Notes: generated by a model from the sequence alone, not told the origin. Positions 1-9,221 are shown, counted from the first letter of the stretch. The stretch is 62,402 bases of DNA from a virus (IMGVR_UViG_3300032241_001301:1-62402); one strand, 5' to 3'. A program made the numbers and translations.

Positions 1-301
1 CACGTTGCGCTTGAAACTCGGGGCTACCTTGACCTGACTGCCCCTTACCACCAACATAACTGTCCCCGATATTGAGCCACAGGGTTCCGTCATCGGCCAG
101 CACTCGCCAGACCTCACGGAATAACGCCACCATTTCAGCGACGTAGGCATCTGGCGTTTCTTCCAGCCCGATTTGGTCGCCTACGCCATAGTCTCGGAGT
201 CCAAAGTACGGGGGGCTGGTGATGCAAGTCCTAACCGACCCTTCTGGCAGTTCCGCTAGACGCTTTCTAGCGTCACCGATAAGGATACGAGATGTAGGCA
301 C
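1..301 (-). CDS. DNA methyltransferase (N4-C/N6-A, beta class), partial; runs off the window start
   Basis: Not in the ORF track. Manual translation from GTG at 301: VPTSRILIGDARKRLAELPEGSVRTCITSPPYFGLRDYG...REVWRVLADDGTLWLNIGDSY. Has the catalytic SPPY motif and is paralogous to 58089..59186. Confidence 0.9.
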   Translation of the reverse strand, partial: MPTSRILIGDARKRLAELPEGSVRTCITSPPYFGLRDYGVGDQIGLEETPDAYVAEMVALFREVWRVLADDGTLWLNIGDSYVGGKGQSGQGSPEFQAQR

Positions 302-310
302 TAAACCATC

Positions 311-2773
311 TTACTTATTTAGACCACGTTCTGCCAGACTTACCAGCAGGTCGCCCACGATAGACGTTGATTCTTCCTCGTCGTTGCTTGACCCGTCAAT
401 GGCACGGTTCACAATCGAACGCTTGTTGTCAATCAGTACGGCAATATCTTCGTCGATGGTGTTGGCGCACAACATAAGCCAACCAGTCACGCTGTCACGC
501 TGACCGATACGGTGGCAACGGTCCACGGCTTGTTCCATGTCGCTTGGTGTCCACCCTTGCTCGAGGAACAACACATCACTAGCAGCAGTCAAAGTAAGCC
601 CAACCCCAGCGGCCTTGATATTGCAAGCAATCACCCTTTGGTCGTCATTGGTTTGGAATGCGTCTACGGCTTCTTGACGCTTTTCGGGGGTTAGCCCACC
701 TTGGATTTTGACCCCGTTGCTGAAGTTCGTGGCAATGTCGTCCACTACCGAACGGTGCCAACCAAACACCACCAACTTCTTATCGCCGTCCACAAAGTTT
801 TCAATCCATTCACGGGCTGATTCCATTTTGGCTTTTGCGGCCAATTGTTTCAAGGTGGAAATAGCGACCAATTGTTCGGCGGCTCGAGCCTTTAGTGCTT
901 TGCGCCACGCTTCGTTTTGTGCTTCCCTATCCGTTGCGCCCGACTGAAGTGCTAGTTCCCGTGCAAGGTCGGCTAGGTAATTTACAATGTCGGCTTCCGC
1001 TTCACGGTATTCCGTCATCACCTTGGCGTTGCCCTCGACAAACACTTGCGACCAACGCTTTGGGGGTAGTTCGGTTAGCACGTCGGCTTTGCGACGACGG
1101 ACGTAGCAGGTGGAACGCAGTTTGCGATTTAAAGCAGCAAGGCTACGACTACTAGCGTTGCCATAGGTGTTGCGAAACTTGGTTGCCCCACCGAAGTCGT
1201 CTAGTCGGTTGATGACCCGAAGTTGGGTGACAATTTCCGTGGGCTGATTGACGATAGGTGTCCCCGATAGGCAAATGCGTATGCCACCCTCCACCACCTT
1301 GTCTGATAGGCGCACACACGCTTTGGAACGCTGTGCTGACCCGTTCTTGATGTAGTGGCTTTCGTCCAAGACCAATGCCTTGATAGGTGGAAACTTATCC
1401 ACCCAGTGGGTAAGAACGTCGTAGTTGATGATGTAGATTTCGGCTTCGGGTACGTCGCCCGTAGTGCCACCTAGAACGGCTACCTTCACGCCCTTTATCC
1501 AACGCTTGGCTTCCCGTTCCCAGTTCAGTTTCAGGCTGGCTGGGACGACTATGACTGCTGGAAAAGCATTAGCCGCCTTGACAATGGCTAGACCCTGCGG
1601 TGTCTTTCCTAGACCCATCTCGTCGCCTACCAACACACCGCCCGTGGTTGGGGTGATTAGTTTCCACTCGCCATCGTTGTGTTCGTATCCCATAGCACGC
1701 ATAGCGTAAGCAACACCGGCACGTTGGAACGGGAACAGTTTGTACTGCTCGTCACCAAACCCCTTGATGTCAATTTCGGCATCGTGGGCTTGGGACGCTT
1801 CAATGATTTCCGCTACCACGTCACTATTGGCTAGTAGTAGTTCCGCTTCCTTGGTCACCACGGCATCGTGCTGGGCAATAAAGTCCTTGATTTCTTGGAC
1901 GCTTTCTACCGGAATGACCCACACACGTTCTTGCGCAACCCAGTAGGACCCTGGCATTTGGCGGATTTGGCTAACCATGTTGTTTTGGAAGTTGAAGGTG
2001 ATAGTAAAGTTTTCGCCCTTGGCGCTGACGATTGGGCTGGGATTTATTTCCTCGCCGTGTAGTCGCTTTACATCTTCGGTAAGAAACAACCTGTAGCGTG
2101 ACGCTATTTCCTTGACCATCATCACGTACTTTGCTGGAACCACCCACGTCTTTTCATCGGCGTTGAAACGACGTTCGGGTATGGTTCGGATAGCGTCAAG
2201 GATTTCTTGGTCGTAGTCAAACGCAATTATTAGGTTGCCCTTGCGAAAGACCACCTCACCCTTCCATTTGGCTGATTCAATTTGTGGCACTTCATTTAGC
2301 AACGCTTTGGCACGGTCCGATACCGGCACGTTGTTTGCTTCAGCCCAGCCGAGAACGGCACCGTATTTGGATACGTCCACCACCCAGCCCCTAATGTCAC
2401 GGTTCCACGTAGCCTTTAGTGGTCCTTTGGGCTGAACGGAGTCGCCGTAGGGTATGAACGCTACGACGTGTCCGTGGCTAATGTCCACAGCCTTTACGCC
2501 ACGGGCTATTGCTTTGGACTTTACCTGTACAACGGGTTCCGGCACGGTGCTAAAGTCAATGCCTAAGCGTTGCAGTTGGTCACGATACTTGCCCAACATA
2601 TGCCACGCTTGGTTCGCCATTTCGTCGGTCCACGCTTCATCGGGTATCTTGGCTAGTTGATTACCAAACTTGGTATCCCCACCGTTGAAGCCAACGTTAT
2701 CCCGTCGCACCGCCCCGTCATCTTGGTGGGCTAAGGCACGAACAGCATTGGCAATTAGTGAGTGACTAGACAT
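311..2773 (-). CDS. SNF2/SWI2-family (SMARCAL1/HARP-like) helicase
   Basis: Motif I GDEMGLGKT, motif II LDESH, motif III SGTP, motif VI QAVDRCHRIGQ. N-terminal repeated 'W....W.V/IP' HARP-like segments. Confidence 0.92.
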   Translation of the reverse strand: MSSHSLIANAVRALAHQDDGAVRRDNVGFNGGDTKFGNQLAKIPDEAWTDEMANQAWHMLGKYRDQLQRLGIDFSTVPEPVVQVKSKAIARGVKAVDISHGHVVAFIPYGDSVQPKGPLKATWNRDIRGWVVDVSKYGAVLGWAEANNVPVSDRAKALLNEVPQIESAKWKGEVVFRKGNLIIAFDYDQEILDAIRTIPERRFNADEKTWVVPAKYVMMVKEIASRYRLFLTEDVKRLHGEEINPSPIVSAKGENFTITFNFQNNMVSQIRQMPGSYWVAQERVWVIPVESVQEIKDFIAQHDAVVTKEAELLLANSDVVAEIIEASQAHDAEIDIKGFGDEQYKLFPFQRAGVAYAMRAMGYEHNDGEWKLITPTTGGVLVGDEMGLGKTPQGLAIVKAANAFPAVIVVPASLKLNWEREAKRWIKGVKVAVLGGTTGDVPEAEIYIINYDVLTHWVDKFPPIKALVLDESHYIKNGSAQRSKACVRLSDKVVEGGIRICLSGTPIVNQPTEIVTQLRVINRLDDFGGATKFRNTYGNASSRSLAALNRKLRSTCYVRRRKADVLTELPPKRWSQVFVEGNAKVMTEYREAEADIVNYLADLARELALQSGATDREAQNEAWRKALKARAAEQLVAISTLKQLAAKAKMESAREWIENFVDGDKKLVVFGWHRSVVDDIATNFSNGVKIQGGLTPEKRQEAVDAFQTNDDQRVIACNIKAAGVGLTLTAASDVLFLEQGWTPSDMEQAVDRCHRIGQRDSVTGWLMLCANTIDEDIAVLIDNKRSIVNRAIDGSSNDEEESTSIVGDLLVSLAERGLNK

Positions 2774-2781
2774 ACACCACT

Positions 2782-2810
2782 ATTATACCCTAGTTTAGTT
2801 GCTAGGTCAA
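2782..2810 (-). promoter_or_regulatory. sigmaA-type promoter for the helicase, probably leaderless
   Basis: TTGACC-17 bp-TATAAT on the minus strand, 8 nt upstream of the ATG, with no SD. Confidence 0.7.
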
Positions 2811-2839
2811 GTATAGCGAAATTGCTATAACCGACGAAA

Positions 2840-3112
2840 CTACTTAGTGTCTCGGTTGTGGTGCTTGTACAAGGCTTGGTCGGTGGTTTCAGCCCACTCG
2901 GCAATCTTGCGCCACGTGACACCCTTTTCACGAAGTCGGGTGACAGTCTGACGACGTTCACGCCCCAGTTCGATTACTTGCTGTTCGTGCTTGCGCATTT
3001 CACGGCAGATGTCACGGATGTGCGAAAGCAACGATGCTACTTCTGGTGAAAAGTCGGCTTCGACTTCCTTGCGAGCGTCAAGAGGGGTAGTGAAATCGTC
3101 GTTGGGGGTCAT
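2840..3112 (-). CDS. Small helix-turn-helix DNA-binding protein
   Basis: C-terminal LREKGVTWRKIAEWAETTDQALYK resembles an HTH; AAGGAG SD upstream. Confidence 0.7.
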   Translation of the reverse strand: MTPNDDFTTPLDARKEVEADFSPEVASLLSHIRDICREMRKHEQQVIELGRERRQTVTRLREKGVTWRKIAEWAETTDQALYKHHNRDTK

Positions 3113-3185
3113 AGTGTTTCTCCTTGTACCGATTTAGTATAGTAGGGTTTCCAAAGTCGGGTGGTGGTGCTGTCACACCCGTTTG

Positions 3186-3554
3186 CTAACAAACGTGCTT
3201 TACGGTTAGTGATAATGCGTCTTTGCCGTATTTGGGTGCCAAGAACGTTAGTTTCACTACGATTTGGGAGTGGTCGTCAATAAGTACACCAGCGTCCACC
3301 AGCCCATCGATGGCTGCTTTGACGTGGGGGAAACACGCCCCTACGTCTTGACGGTATCGTGCGCTTAGTACATAGGGCTGGGCGATGATTTCCACCTGTT
3401 CCATGTGGGGAACCATTGCTTCTTGTGCCAAATCGCAGAACGCTTGTCGCCATTCCTTTGTCACTTTCGCCCGAACCATGTGGTGAACGCCACGTTCTTT
3501 ATTGAGCGTAAAGTCAGGTCGCACGTCATAAGTAAGGGTGTACGACTTTTTCAT
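3186..3554 (-). CDS. rusA: RusA-like Holliday junction resolvase
   Basis: QDVGAC..HVKAAIDGLVDAGVLIDDHSQIV matches the RusA D-x-x-N/K...D-G-L...DD pattern. Confidence 0.8.
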   Translation of the reverse strand: MKKSYTLTYDVRPDFTLNKERGVHHMVRAKVTKEWRQAFCDLAQEAMVPHMEQVEIIAQPYVLSARYRQDVGACFPHVKAAIDGLVDAGVLIDDHSQIVVKLTFLAPKYGKDALSLTVKHVC

Positions 3555-4033
3555 AGTGAAATAACCGTGTATGGGGGGCGTGCGTTAGTCGTGTGGTAGC
3601 CGGTGGCTTTCATTACTAGTTCCATACGCTTTTCAGGGGTGACTTCCTTTCGTTCCAATACGAACAATGCGCTTAGTGCTGATGGTGCGCCTGCTCCGGT
3701 TGCCCCGTAGTTCTCGGCGGATTTCACTACACCAAAGTCGGCACCGATTTCGTAAATGCCCGTTTTGTTGGCTACCAACACCGACCACTCGGTGGGGAAA
3801 CCTGCGTCGTTAGACTTGCTAATAAGAAAATCACGAATTTTGTACGGGTCGCCAATACTGCTGTTCCGAAGAATGTCCATTATTCGGAACGAACCGGCTA
3901 CGCCAACCAAACTTGTATCGGTTTTCCAAACCTTTGGTTGTGCCGAAATAATAACCGTGGTGTCGTCAAATGCGCCACTGTCCCCAGCCATCCAAACCTG
4001 TTTACGGTCTTTCCAAGCGCAGATAACGGTCAC
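3551..4033 (-). CDS. HslV/proteasome-beta-like Ntn peptidase
   Basis: N-terminal Thr nucleophile (M-T-VICAW...MAGDS), conserved K in 'QPKVW', GVAGS and 'YGATGAG..ALSAL'. Confidence 0.75.
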   Translation of the reverse strand: MTVICAWKDRKQVWMAGDSGAFDDTTVIISAQPKVWKTDTSLVGVAGSFRIMDILRNSSIGDPYKIRDFLISKSNDAGFPTEWSVLVANKTGIYEIGADFGVVKSAENYGATGAGAPSALSALFVLERKEVTPEKRMELVMKATGYHTTNARPPYTVISL

Positions 4034-4071
4034 CCTATAAGGCTACTAGTAGATTTCACTACTGCTTTTGG

Positions 4072-4554
4072 CTAAATAGATTCGCTGGCCTGCGTGGCCT
4101 TTTGCGATTCCTTCAATACCCTTTGTGCCATTTTTGACATACCCCTAAGAACCGTTGCGTGGTTGGTGGAGCCAATGGAATTTTCACCCTTGTCGGCATC
4201 AACACGGGCAATCATTGAGGCTGAGGCTGCTCGTTCGTGGAGTCCTTGCGCCCGAACGTGCTTGGCGTATTCCTCACCCGTCGCCTTTTCAGCAGCCTGA
4301 CGGTGAAGTTCCGCCATAGCACGGTGTCCTTGCTCAAGGGCGTGGTAAGCGTCCCACATATGGTCACCGTCGGCAACACCGCCACGTCCCTCTTGACCAC
4401 GTTCTTTGCCAATAGCCCCCTGTAGGTTGCTTTGACCAAAAGAAATGTCGGACTTGGCTTCGGTGTACTGGTTTCCCTCAAAAGGGTGACCAACAACGGC
4501 TCCCTTGGCTACATAACCTTGGGCGTTGATTAGACGGGAAATAAACGTAGACAT
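4072..4554 (-). CDS. GHxFxGNQYT-motif His/Ala-rich protein A (putative internal virion protein)
   Basis: Leader...VAK|GAVVGHPFEGNQYT followed by a helical domain with Hx6H spacing. Confidence 0.75.
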   Translation of the reverse strand: MSTFISRLINAQGYVAKGAVVGHPFEGNQYTEAKSDISFGQSNLQGAIGKERGQEGRGGVADGDHMWDAYHALEQGHRAMAELHRQAAEKATGEEYAKHVRAQGLHERAASASMIARVDADKGENSIGSTNHATVLRGMSKMAQRVLKESQKATQASESI

Positions 4555-4568
4555 TTCACTATCAACGA

Positions 4569-5348
4569 TTAGGAAAATGCACCCACGGTGGCGGCAAGGG
4601 CCTTAAGGCTGGCTTTTGTTGCCAAATCGGTCAAGTAATCAGAGTGACCCATTTTTTGAGAAATGTATCGGCCATCGCCGTATTCTTGCTGTTGCCGAGG
4701 CAATAATGCGGTAGCGGCGGCAGCACGGTGTAATGCGGCAGCCTGCAAGTGAGCCTGAATAGCCTTATCTACTGCTTCACCCTTACCACTTGCAACACCC
4801 AACCTAGGGACTCGTTCGCCACCGGCAAGACGCTCCGCCATGCTTTCGTGGTCACGAGCAAGTTGAGTGTGCGCCCCTTCACGGTTATCAGTACTATTCC
4901 GGCCCTCGTAAGGCATACCAGCAACTTGGGATGCACGAGTGGCGAGTTCGCTTGCCGCTTCGGTGTACTGGTTCCCCTCAAAAGGGTGACCCGTCTGAGC
5001 GCCTTTAGTGAAAACAGCCTTTCCAAAAGTACTTTGGTTCGCCCTTGCCGATGCGACCTGAGCGTCGGCAGAAAAAACGGGGGCGTACTTGGAGCCGTGT
5101 TTAATAGCATCAGCGGCTTTTAGGTGTGCTTCTTGGGCAAATCGGTGAAGGTCTATTTGGTTTTGAGCCTCAGCGCCCCTGCCCTGTGAATAAGCAAACG
5201 AAAGACGCTTTTCAATGTCATTGGCATTCTTCTTGTGTTCCGATGCGGCACTAAGGTGTTCGGTGTACTGGTTGCCCTCAAATGGGTGACCCGGCTGAGC
5301 GCCTTTGGAAATAATGTTTTCCATTTGCTTGCGAATAATGAAGTTCAT
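4569..5348 (-). CDS. GHxFxGNQYT-motif protein B (two tandem units)
   Basis: ISK|GAQPGHPFEGNQYT and FTK|GAQTGHPFEGNQYT, each followed by a His/Ala-rich helical domain; AAGGA SD. Confidence 0.8.
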   Translation of the reverse strand: MNFIIRKQMENIISKGAQPGHPFEGNQYTEHLSAASEHKKNANDIEKRLSFAYSQGRGAEAQNQIDLHRFAQEAHLKAADAIKHGSKYAPVFSADAQVASARANQSTFGKAVFTKGAQTGHPFEGNQYTEAASELATRASQVAGMPYEGRNSTDNREGAHTQLARDHESMAERLAGGERVPRLGVASGKGEAVDKAIQAHLQAAALHRAAAATALLPRQQQEYGDGRYISQKMGHSDYLTDLATKASLKALAATVGAFS

Positions 5349-5405
5349 TTAGGGGTTCCTTTCGGCTTCGTCATAAATGCTATACCCAGATTTCACTACC
5401 AGCGA

Positions 5406-5831
5406 TTAGGGCAGTGCATCCTTGGAAGCGGCAATCAACGTTTTGGTGTTACGGGCAATATCGTCGCCGTCGGGGGCGTATAGGACACGGCGCAGTTCTA
5501 TTTTGTGCGCCAATTCTGCTACGAGTGAGTGTTTCCAATCTTCCAAAATGTCTGGTACTTTTGAACCAAAAAATGCGTGTCCTCTGGCCAGTGCGCTGTG
5601 AGCGTCAAGCATATGGTAGTCATCAGATAAGGAACCGTGCGACGGGTCACCGTCAAAGCCCTTTGCCAAAGCGCTTTCCAGCATCGAGCGACCTTCACGA
5701 ATATCCGCTATTGCCTTTTCTTTGGTGTATTGGTTGCCGTTGAAAGCATGGCCTGCCAACTCGTACTTCAAGATTTCACTGGCGGTTTTCCAAACTGGAA
5801 CCAGTGCGTCGGTGGAGAAAGGGTTTGACAT
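5406..5831 (-). CDS. GHxFxGNQYT-motif protein C
   Basis: ILK|YELAGHAFNGNQYT; AAGGA SD overlapping the upstream stop codon. Confidence 0.78.
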   Translation of the reverse strand: MSNPFSTDALVPVWKTASEILKYELAGHAFNGNQYTKEKAIADIREGRSMLESALAKGFDGDPSHGSLSDDYHMLDAHSALARGHAFFGSKVPDILEDWKHSLVAELAHKIELRRVLYAPDGDDIARNTKTLIAASKDALP

Positions 5832-5841
5832 TATGTTTTCC

Positions 5842-6270
5842 TTACTTTGGCAGGTCAGCGTTGCCGTAGTGGTTTACCGCATCCATTGTCTGGTTTACTG
5901 CCTTGGAAGCGTCTGCCCCTACGTTCCTATTGCTGTAGTCCGCAACCTTAGTCCACGTCTTTTGAGCAGCGAGGTGCGCTTTGGCGAGGGCGTTCAGGTT
6001 GTCTGCAACGTCCTTGTAGCCAGTTTCATTTCGTGCTGCCATTGCTTTTGCTGCTTCACCACGGTGGTACTCCGCCATGCTCAAAGCGTCTGCACGGTTT
6101 GGGGCACCGCCAATGCGGTCACTGGCAACCTTGGCTGCTCGGCTCACAATGTTGTCCGTTTTGCCCGCTGTGTACTGGTTCCCATTGAAGGCGTGTCCAG
6201 CCAACTCGTATTTCACCACGGGGTAGCGTGAGAGGGATTTGAGTAGTTCGTCGGGGTGAAAACCGGACAT
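5842..6270 (-). CDS. GHxFxGNQYT-motif protein D
   Basis: Start moved to the ATG at 6270 (AAGGA SD): MSGFHPDELLKSLSRYPVVK|YELAGHAFNGNQYT. Confidence 0.78.
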   Translation of the reverse strand: MSGFHPDELLKSLSRYPVVKYELAGHAFNGNQYTAGKTDNIVSRAAKVASDRIGGAPNRADALSMAEYHRGEAAKAMAARNETGYKDVADNLNALAKAHLAAQKTWTKVADYSNRNVGADASKAVNQTMDAVNHYGNADLPK

Positions 6271-6328
6271 AGTTTTGCATTCCTTTCGGGTCTGCGTAAA
6301 TGCTATACCTAGATTTCTAAATGTTATT

Positions 6329-6529
6329 TCACCAAGCACCGGGGTCTGCGACGTGCGCCTTTGCGACCCTTTCCGCTTGACTTTCCGTAAAACAACGAGG
6401 TGATGACCAACCGCACGAGCAAAACGGCTCATACAGGGTGGTGTTCAGCATTGCCGATTTGTAAGCCTTGACCTTTGCCTCGTGGTCTGACGGGGCTTTT
6501 TCAGCAACAACTTTCTTTGGGCGTGGCAC
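6329..6529 (-). CDS. Small putative Zn-binding protein
   Basis: H...CSCGW...AKAH pattern; start overlaps the upstream stop. Confidence 0.6.
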   Translation of the reverse strand: MPRPKKVVAEKAPSDHEAKVKAYKSAMLNTTLYEPFCSCGWSSPRCFTESQAERVAKAHVADPGAW

Positions 6530-6927
6530 TAAAAGGACCGCTTAAACAATGTCCACACGGGTTCGCTGTTAGCGTTCACCTCGATAATCCATTGGTCGTA
6601 GCACATCTTGGAAAGACCGTCGGGGTTCTTGCGTGTTTGACCGTGGCACTCCCAGATGGTTCCCACCGGCAACGTCGTTGCGTCGGGGCGGTCACAATCG
6701 TGGGGGGTGTAGATGATTACACCACTTGGGCGCTCGTGTTCTACAGCGACCTGCCACTTATTAGACCATTCGTGCTTCTTTTCCCAAGTGCTGGGCTGAA
6801 CAACCCACGGGTCCTTGCCGTGGGTGCTGTTCCACTTCATGTACTTGTTTTCATTTTGGAATTGCGTAAGCAAAGATTCTCGCATAGATAATCTCCTATG
6901 GTGCGCTTCGTTCGGTGTTCCCACCAT
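6529..6927 (-). CDS. Hypothetical protein
   Basis: 132-aa ORF tiling with its neighbours; H-x-C and GTIWEC motifs. Confidence 0.6.
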   Translation of the reverse strand: MVGTPNEAHHRRLSMRESLLTQFQNENKYMKWNSTHGKDPWVVQPSTWEKKHEWSNKWQVAVEHERPSGVIIYTPHDCDRPDATTLPVGTIWECHGQTRKNPDGLSKMCYDQWIIEVNANSEPVWTLFKRSF

Positions 6928-6947
6928 ACCATAGTTAGGTAGTCGAA

Positions 6948-7490
6948 CTACGCAACGCCCATTAGTTCTTGGAGATTGGTTGGTGAAACCATGTACACGT
7001 CGGGTACGTCAAAGTACACACCGGCGTAACGCATTGCTTCGTGCGCAAGGGCGGAACAAATCCACGTTCCCTCACGACGACACTCGAAGAACCACTTAGG
7101 TGAAATAATGTCCACACCGATGCAAATGTCGGACAAAAGCCCATAGGGGTCGCCTACCTGCTGTTCGGCAAACCACGCAGACTTCTCAAGGTCGCCACCA
7201 AGGTTGGTGATGTCGTACATAGACACGATTTCCGACGATGCAATAAGGCTTTCCAAAGTAGATTTCACTACGCCCTTCATTGTCGCTTGGACAATAATAG
7301 TTTCGTCGTAGTTTGACCCTTCGGACACAACGGTAAAGCAGTGGTTGTACTTGCCGTCTTTCCAACGCAACTTTTCACCAAAGCGAATAAGCGCACCCAT
7401 CGTTCCGTCGGTCTTGGCAAAACCCGTCATGCCTCGCTTGATTTCAATAGCGTGGAGGTTTACGGCGCAGTACATTTGTTGCTTGGTCAT
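6948..7490 (-). CDS. Permuted papain-like (YaeF/YiiX, NlpC/P60 superfamily) amidase
   Basis: His first (YNHCF), then VGDPYG, catalytic Cys in WICSAL, and C-terminal SPTNL. Confidence 0.8.
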   Translation of the reverse strand: MTKQQMYCAVNLHAIEIKRGMTGFAKTDGTMGALIRFGEKLRWKDGKYNHCFTVVSEGSNYDETIIVQATMKGVVKSTLESLIASSEIVSMYDITNLGGDLEKSAWFAEQQVGDPYGLLSDICIGVDIISPKWFFECRREGTWICSALAHEAMRYAGVYFDVPDVYMVSPTNLQELMGVA

Positions 7491-7506
7491 GAACCAAGAT
7501 TAGACC

Positions 7507-8034
7507 CTATTCCCAAGAATGCTTGGTTAGTCCTAATGCGTGGGCTTCTTTGGGATTTGATTCGCACCACTCGTTATGGTGATTGCAGGCGAGGATAATG
7601 CCGGACATATCCAACAGGTTTGCGTCGCTTTGCCCCGACCTAGCACGACTAAGGATTTCGTGTCCGTTGATTTCACCAAAACACGGAGTGCCAATCAAGT
7701 CACGCATTTGGCACTTCCAAAGTTCCCTTTTGCCAAAATGGGCAAGCATTGCTTCTTTGCGTTGTTTATTGACCAATTTGCGCTTATCGCTCATTGGTTT
7801 TAGGGGTGTTTTTGCCAGATTTGTGGGCTTGCGCTCCACTTGCTTAGTTTTCTGACGTTCACGCTGTCGTTCTTGTGCTTCTTGACGCTTGGTTTGCGTT
7901 TCAGCGTCACGACACGTCTTACACCGTGGTAGGTATTTTCCTGAACCGTCACGCCGTGCCACAAAGTCATCTACTGACTTTATTTCACGGCAACTACCGC
8001 ACTTTTTTACGTCCACGTGATTTGGGGTCGGCAA
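7507..8034 (-). CDS. HNH-like endonuclease with N-terminal Zn ribbon
   Basis: CGSC...CKTC at the N-terminus; C-terminal C...C..HEILSRARSG...ACNHHN. Confidence 0.65.
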   Translation of the reverse strand: MPTPNHVDVKKCGSCREIKSVDDFVARRDGSGKYLPRCKTCRDAETQTKRQEAQERQRERQKTKQVERKPTNLAKTPLKPMSDKRKLVNKQRKEAMLAHFGKRELWKCQMRDLIGTPCFGEINGHEILSRARSGQSDANLLDMSGIILACNHHNEWCESNPKEAHALGLTKHSWE

Positions 8035-8185
8035 TGGTTGAGGTGATTAGCCAAATGACGAGGGTAATGAAAGCCCCCTTAGCGCAATACAAACTTGGTA
8101 GAAAAACCGCAAGGGTAAAGAAAACCCAAAATGCCACTACGGCGATTAGCGACACCACGGCGCATATGCCACGAAATAGTGTCAT
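7994..8185 (-). CDS. Small membrane protein
   Basis: Two hydrophobic segments and a basic tail; TAATG coupling to the upstream gene. Confidence 0.55.
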   Translation of the reverse strand: MTLFRGICAVVSLIAVVAFWVFFTLAVFLPSLYCAKGAFITLVIWLITSTIADPKSRGRKKVR

Positions 8186-8676
8186 TAGTATTTGCTTGCG
8201 TCCGTAGCAATTTGGTTAGACAAAGCCGTGCTGGCGTTGGCATACGCCGACACGTCGGCTTGGAACGTTGCCAAACTAGTGCTGGCGGTCACAGCGTTAA
8301 TGCCGTCCGTTGCTAGGGACTGGATTGCGCTAACAAGGTTTTGTACGTCGGTGTTGGCAACGGGGTCGGGCGAATTGACGTACTTGCTAAGGGTTGCCGC
8401 ATCGGTGGAGAGGTTGGCAAGGTACTTGGTTGCCGAGGCGGTGTTGTTGTTGCTTAGCGCAACGGTGGTTTGCGTGTAGTCGGCTTGGGCTTGGTTCACC
8501 ACGGGGTAAACGTTTTCCTTCCACGTCGCCCATTGGGCGTTGAGGTTGGTGGTCGTGGTGGTCGTTGTTGGCGTTGATGACTTTCCACCAAACGCTACAA
8601 ATGCCAACGCAACAATCACAACGCAAAAGATTGTCAGGGCGTACAACCTCACTGGATAAAGATTTTTGCTGTTCAC
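8185..8676 (-). CDS. Membrane-anchored/secreted helical protein
   Basis: N-terminal TM helix, poly-Thr linker and an Ala/Ser/Thr-rich ectodomain. Confidence 0.7.
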   Translation of the reverse strand: MNSKNLYPVRLYALTIFCVVIVALAFVAFGGKSSTPTTTTTTTNLNAQWATWKENVYPVVNQAQADYTQTTVALSNNNTASATKYLANLSTDAATLSKYVNSPDPVANTDVQNLVSAIQSLATDGINAVTASTSLATFQADVSAYANASTALSNQIATDASKY

Positions 8677-8684
8677 TTTTTCCC

Positions 8685-9221
8685 CTAGACAAGTTGCCGA
8701 AGTGGTTGTTCTAACTTTACCACAGTTGAGTCACTTATTGCTACATTACCACGTTCTGGGTCAAAACCAACGCTGGTGATTATGCCGTTGTCGTATGAAT
8801 CCTTTAGTTCGTTGTATGCCTTTAGGAAATGCGCCCGTTCGACCCCAATGGTGGCGCTAAAGCACAGCGCCGAAAACCCAACGGATTTCACTGCATCCTC
8901 AATGAGGGGGTGCGACCAACGATTTCCGTTGCGGTAGAACTCCCGTCCGTGGTCGTCCAATCCTTCGTTTACTTCACGCCACGCTTCAAATGCGGTTGGT
9001 GAAAGGTTGCTAGTGACCTCGGCGCACTTGCGTCGGATACCGGCAATAGTGGGGTTGCGTTCCTCGGTGGCAATCCAATTCATGGCGACTTCGGTAACTA
9101 TTTCACCATCAAGGTCTTGCAACATACGGTGCCACATTTCGATGGTTTCGTCTTTGACACGCCACGCCGGAAAAGCGCCCCCCAACAAAAAACACACCTT
9201 TGCTGTTTCTGCTGGTTGCAT
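8685..9221 (-). CDS. Replicative helicase loader/inhibitor (SPP1 G39P-like N-terminus)
   Basis: W..ML.DLD....A..W......PTIA.IR pattern; directly downstream of the replication initiator. Confidence 0.7.
   Translation of the reverse strand: MQPAETAKVCFLLGGAFPAWRVKDETIEMWHRMLQDLDGEIVTEVAMNWIATEERNPTIAGIRRKCAEVTSNLSPTAFEAWREVNEGLDDHGREFYRNGNRWSHPLIEDAVKSVGFSALCFSATIGVERAHFLKAYNELKDSYDNGIITSVGFDPERGNVAISDSTVVKLEQPLRQLV

Noticed and set aside
1-301. Terminal redundancy implied by methyltransferases near both window ends
   Set aside because: The two genes are diverged paralogues (58089..59186 has a Cys/His insertion absent here), not identical sequence.
6271-6432. N-terminal extension of ORF 5842..6432
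   Set aside because: It overlaps the 6329..6529 gene and the duplicated promoter; the ATG at 6270 has an SD and matches the paralogue leaders.
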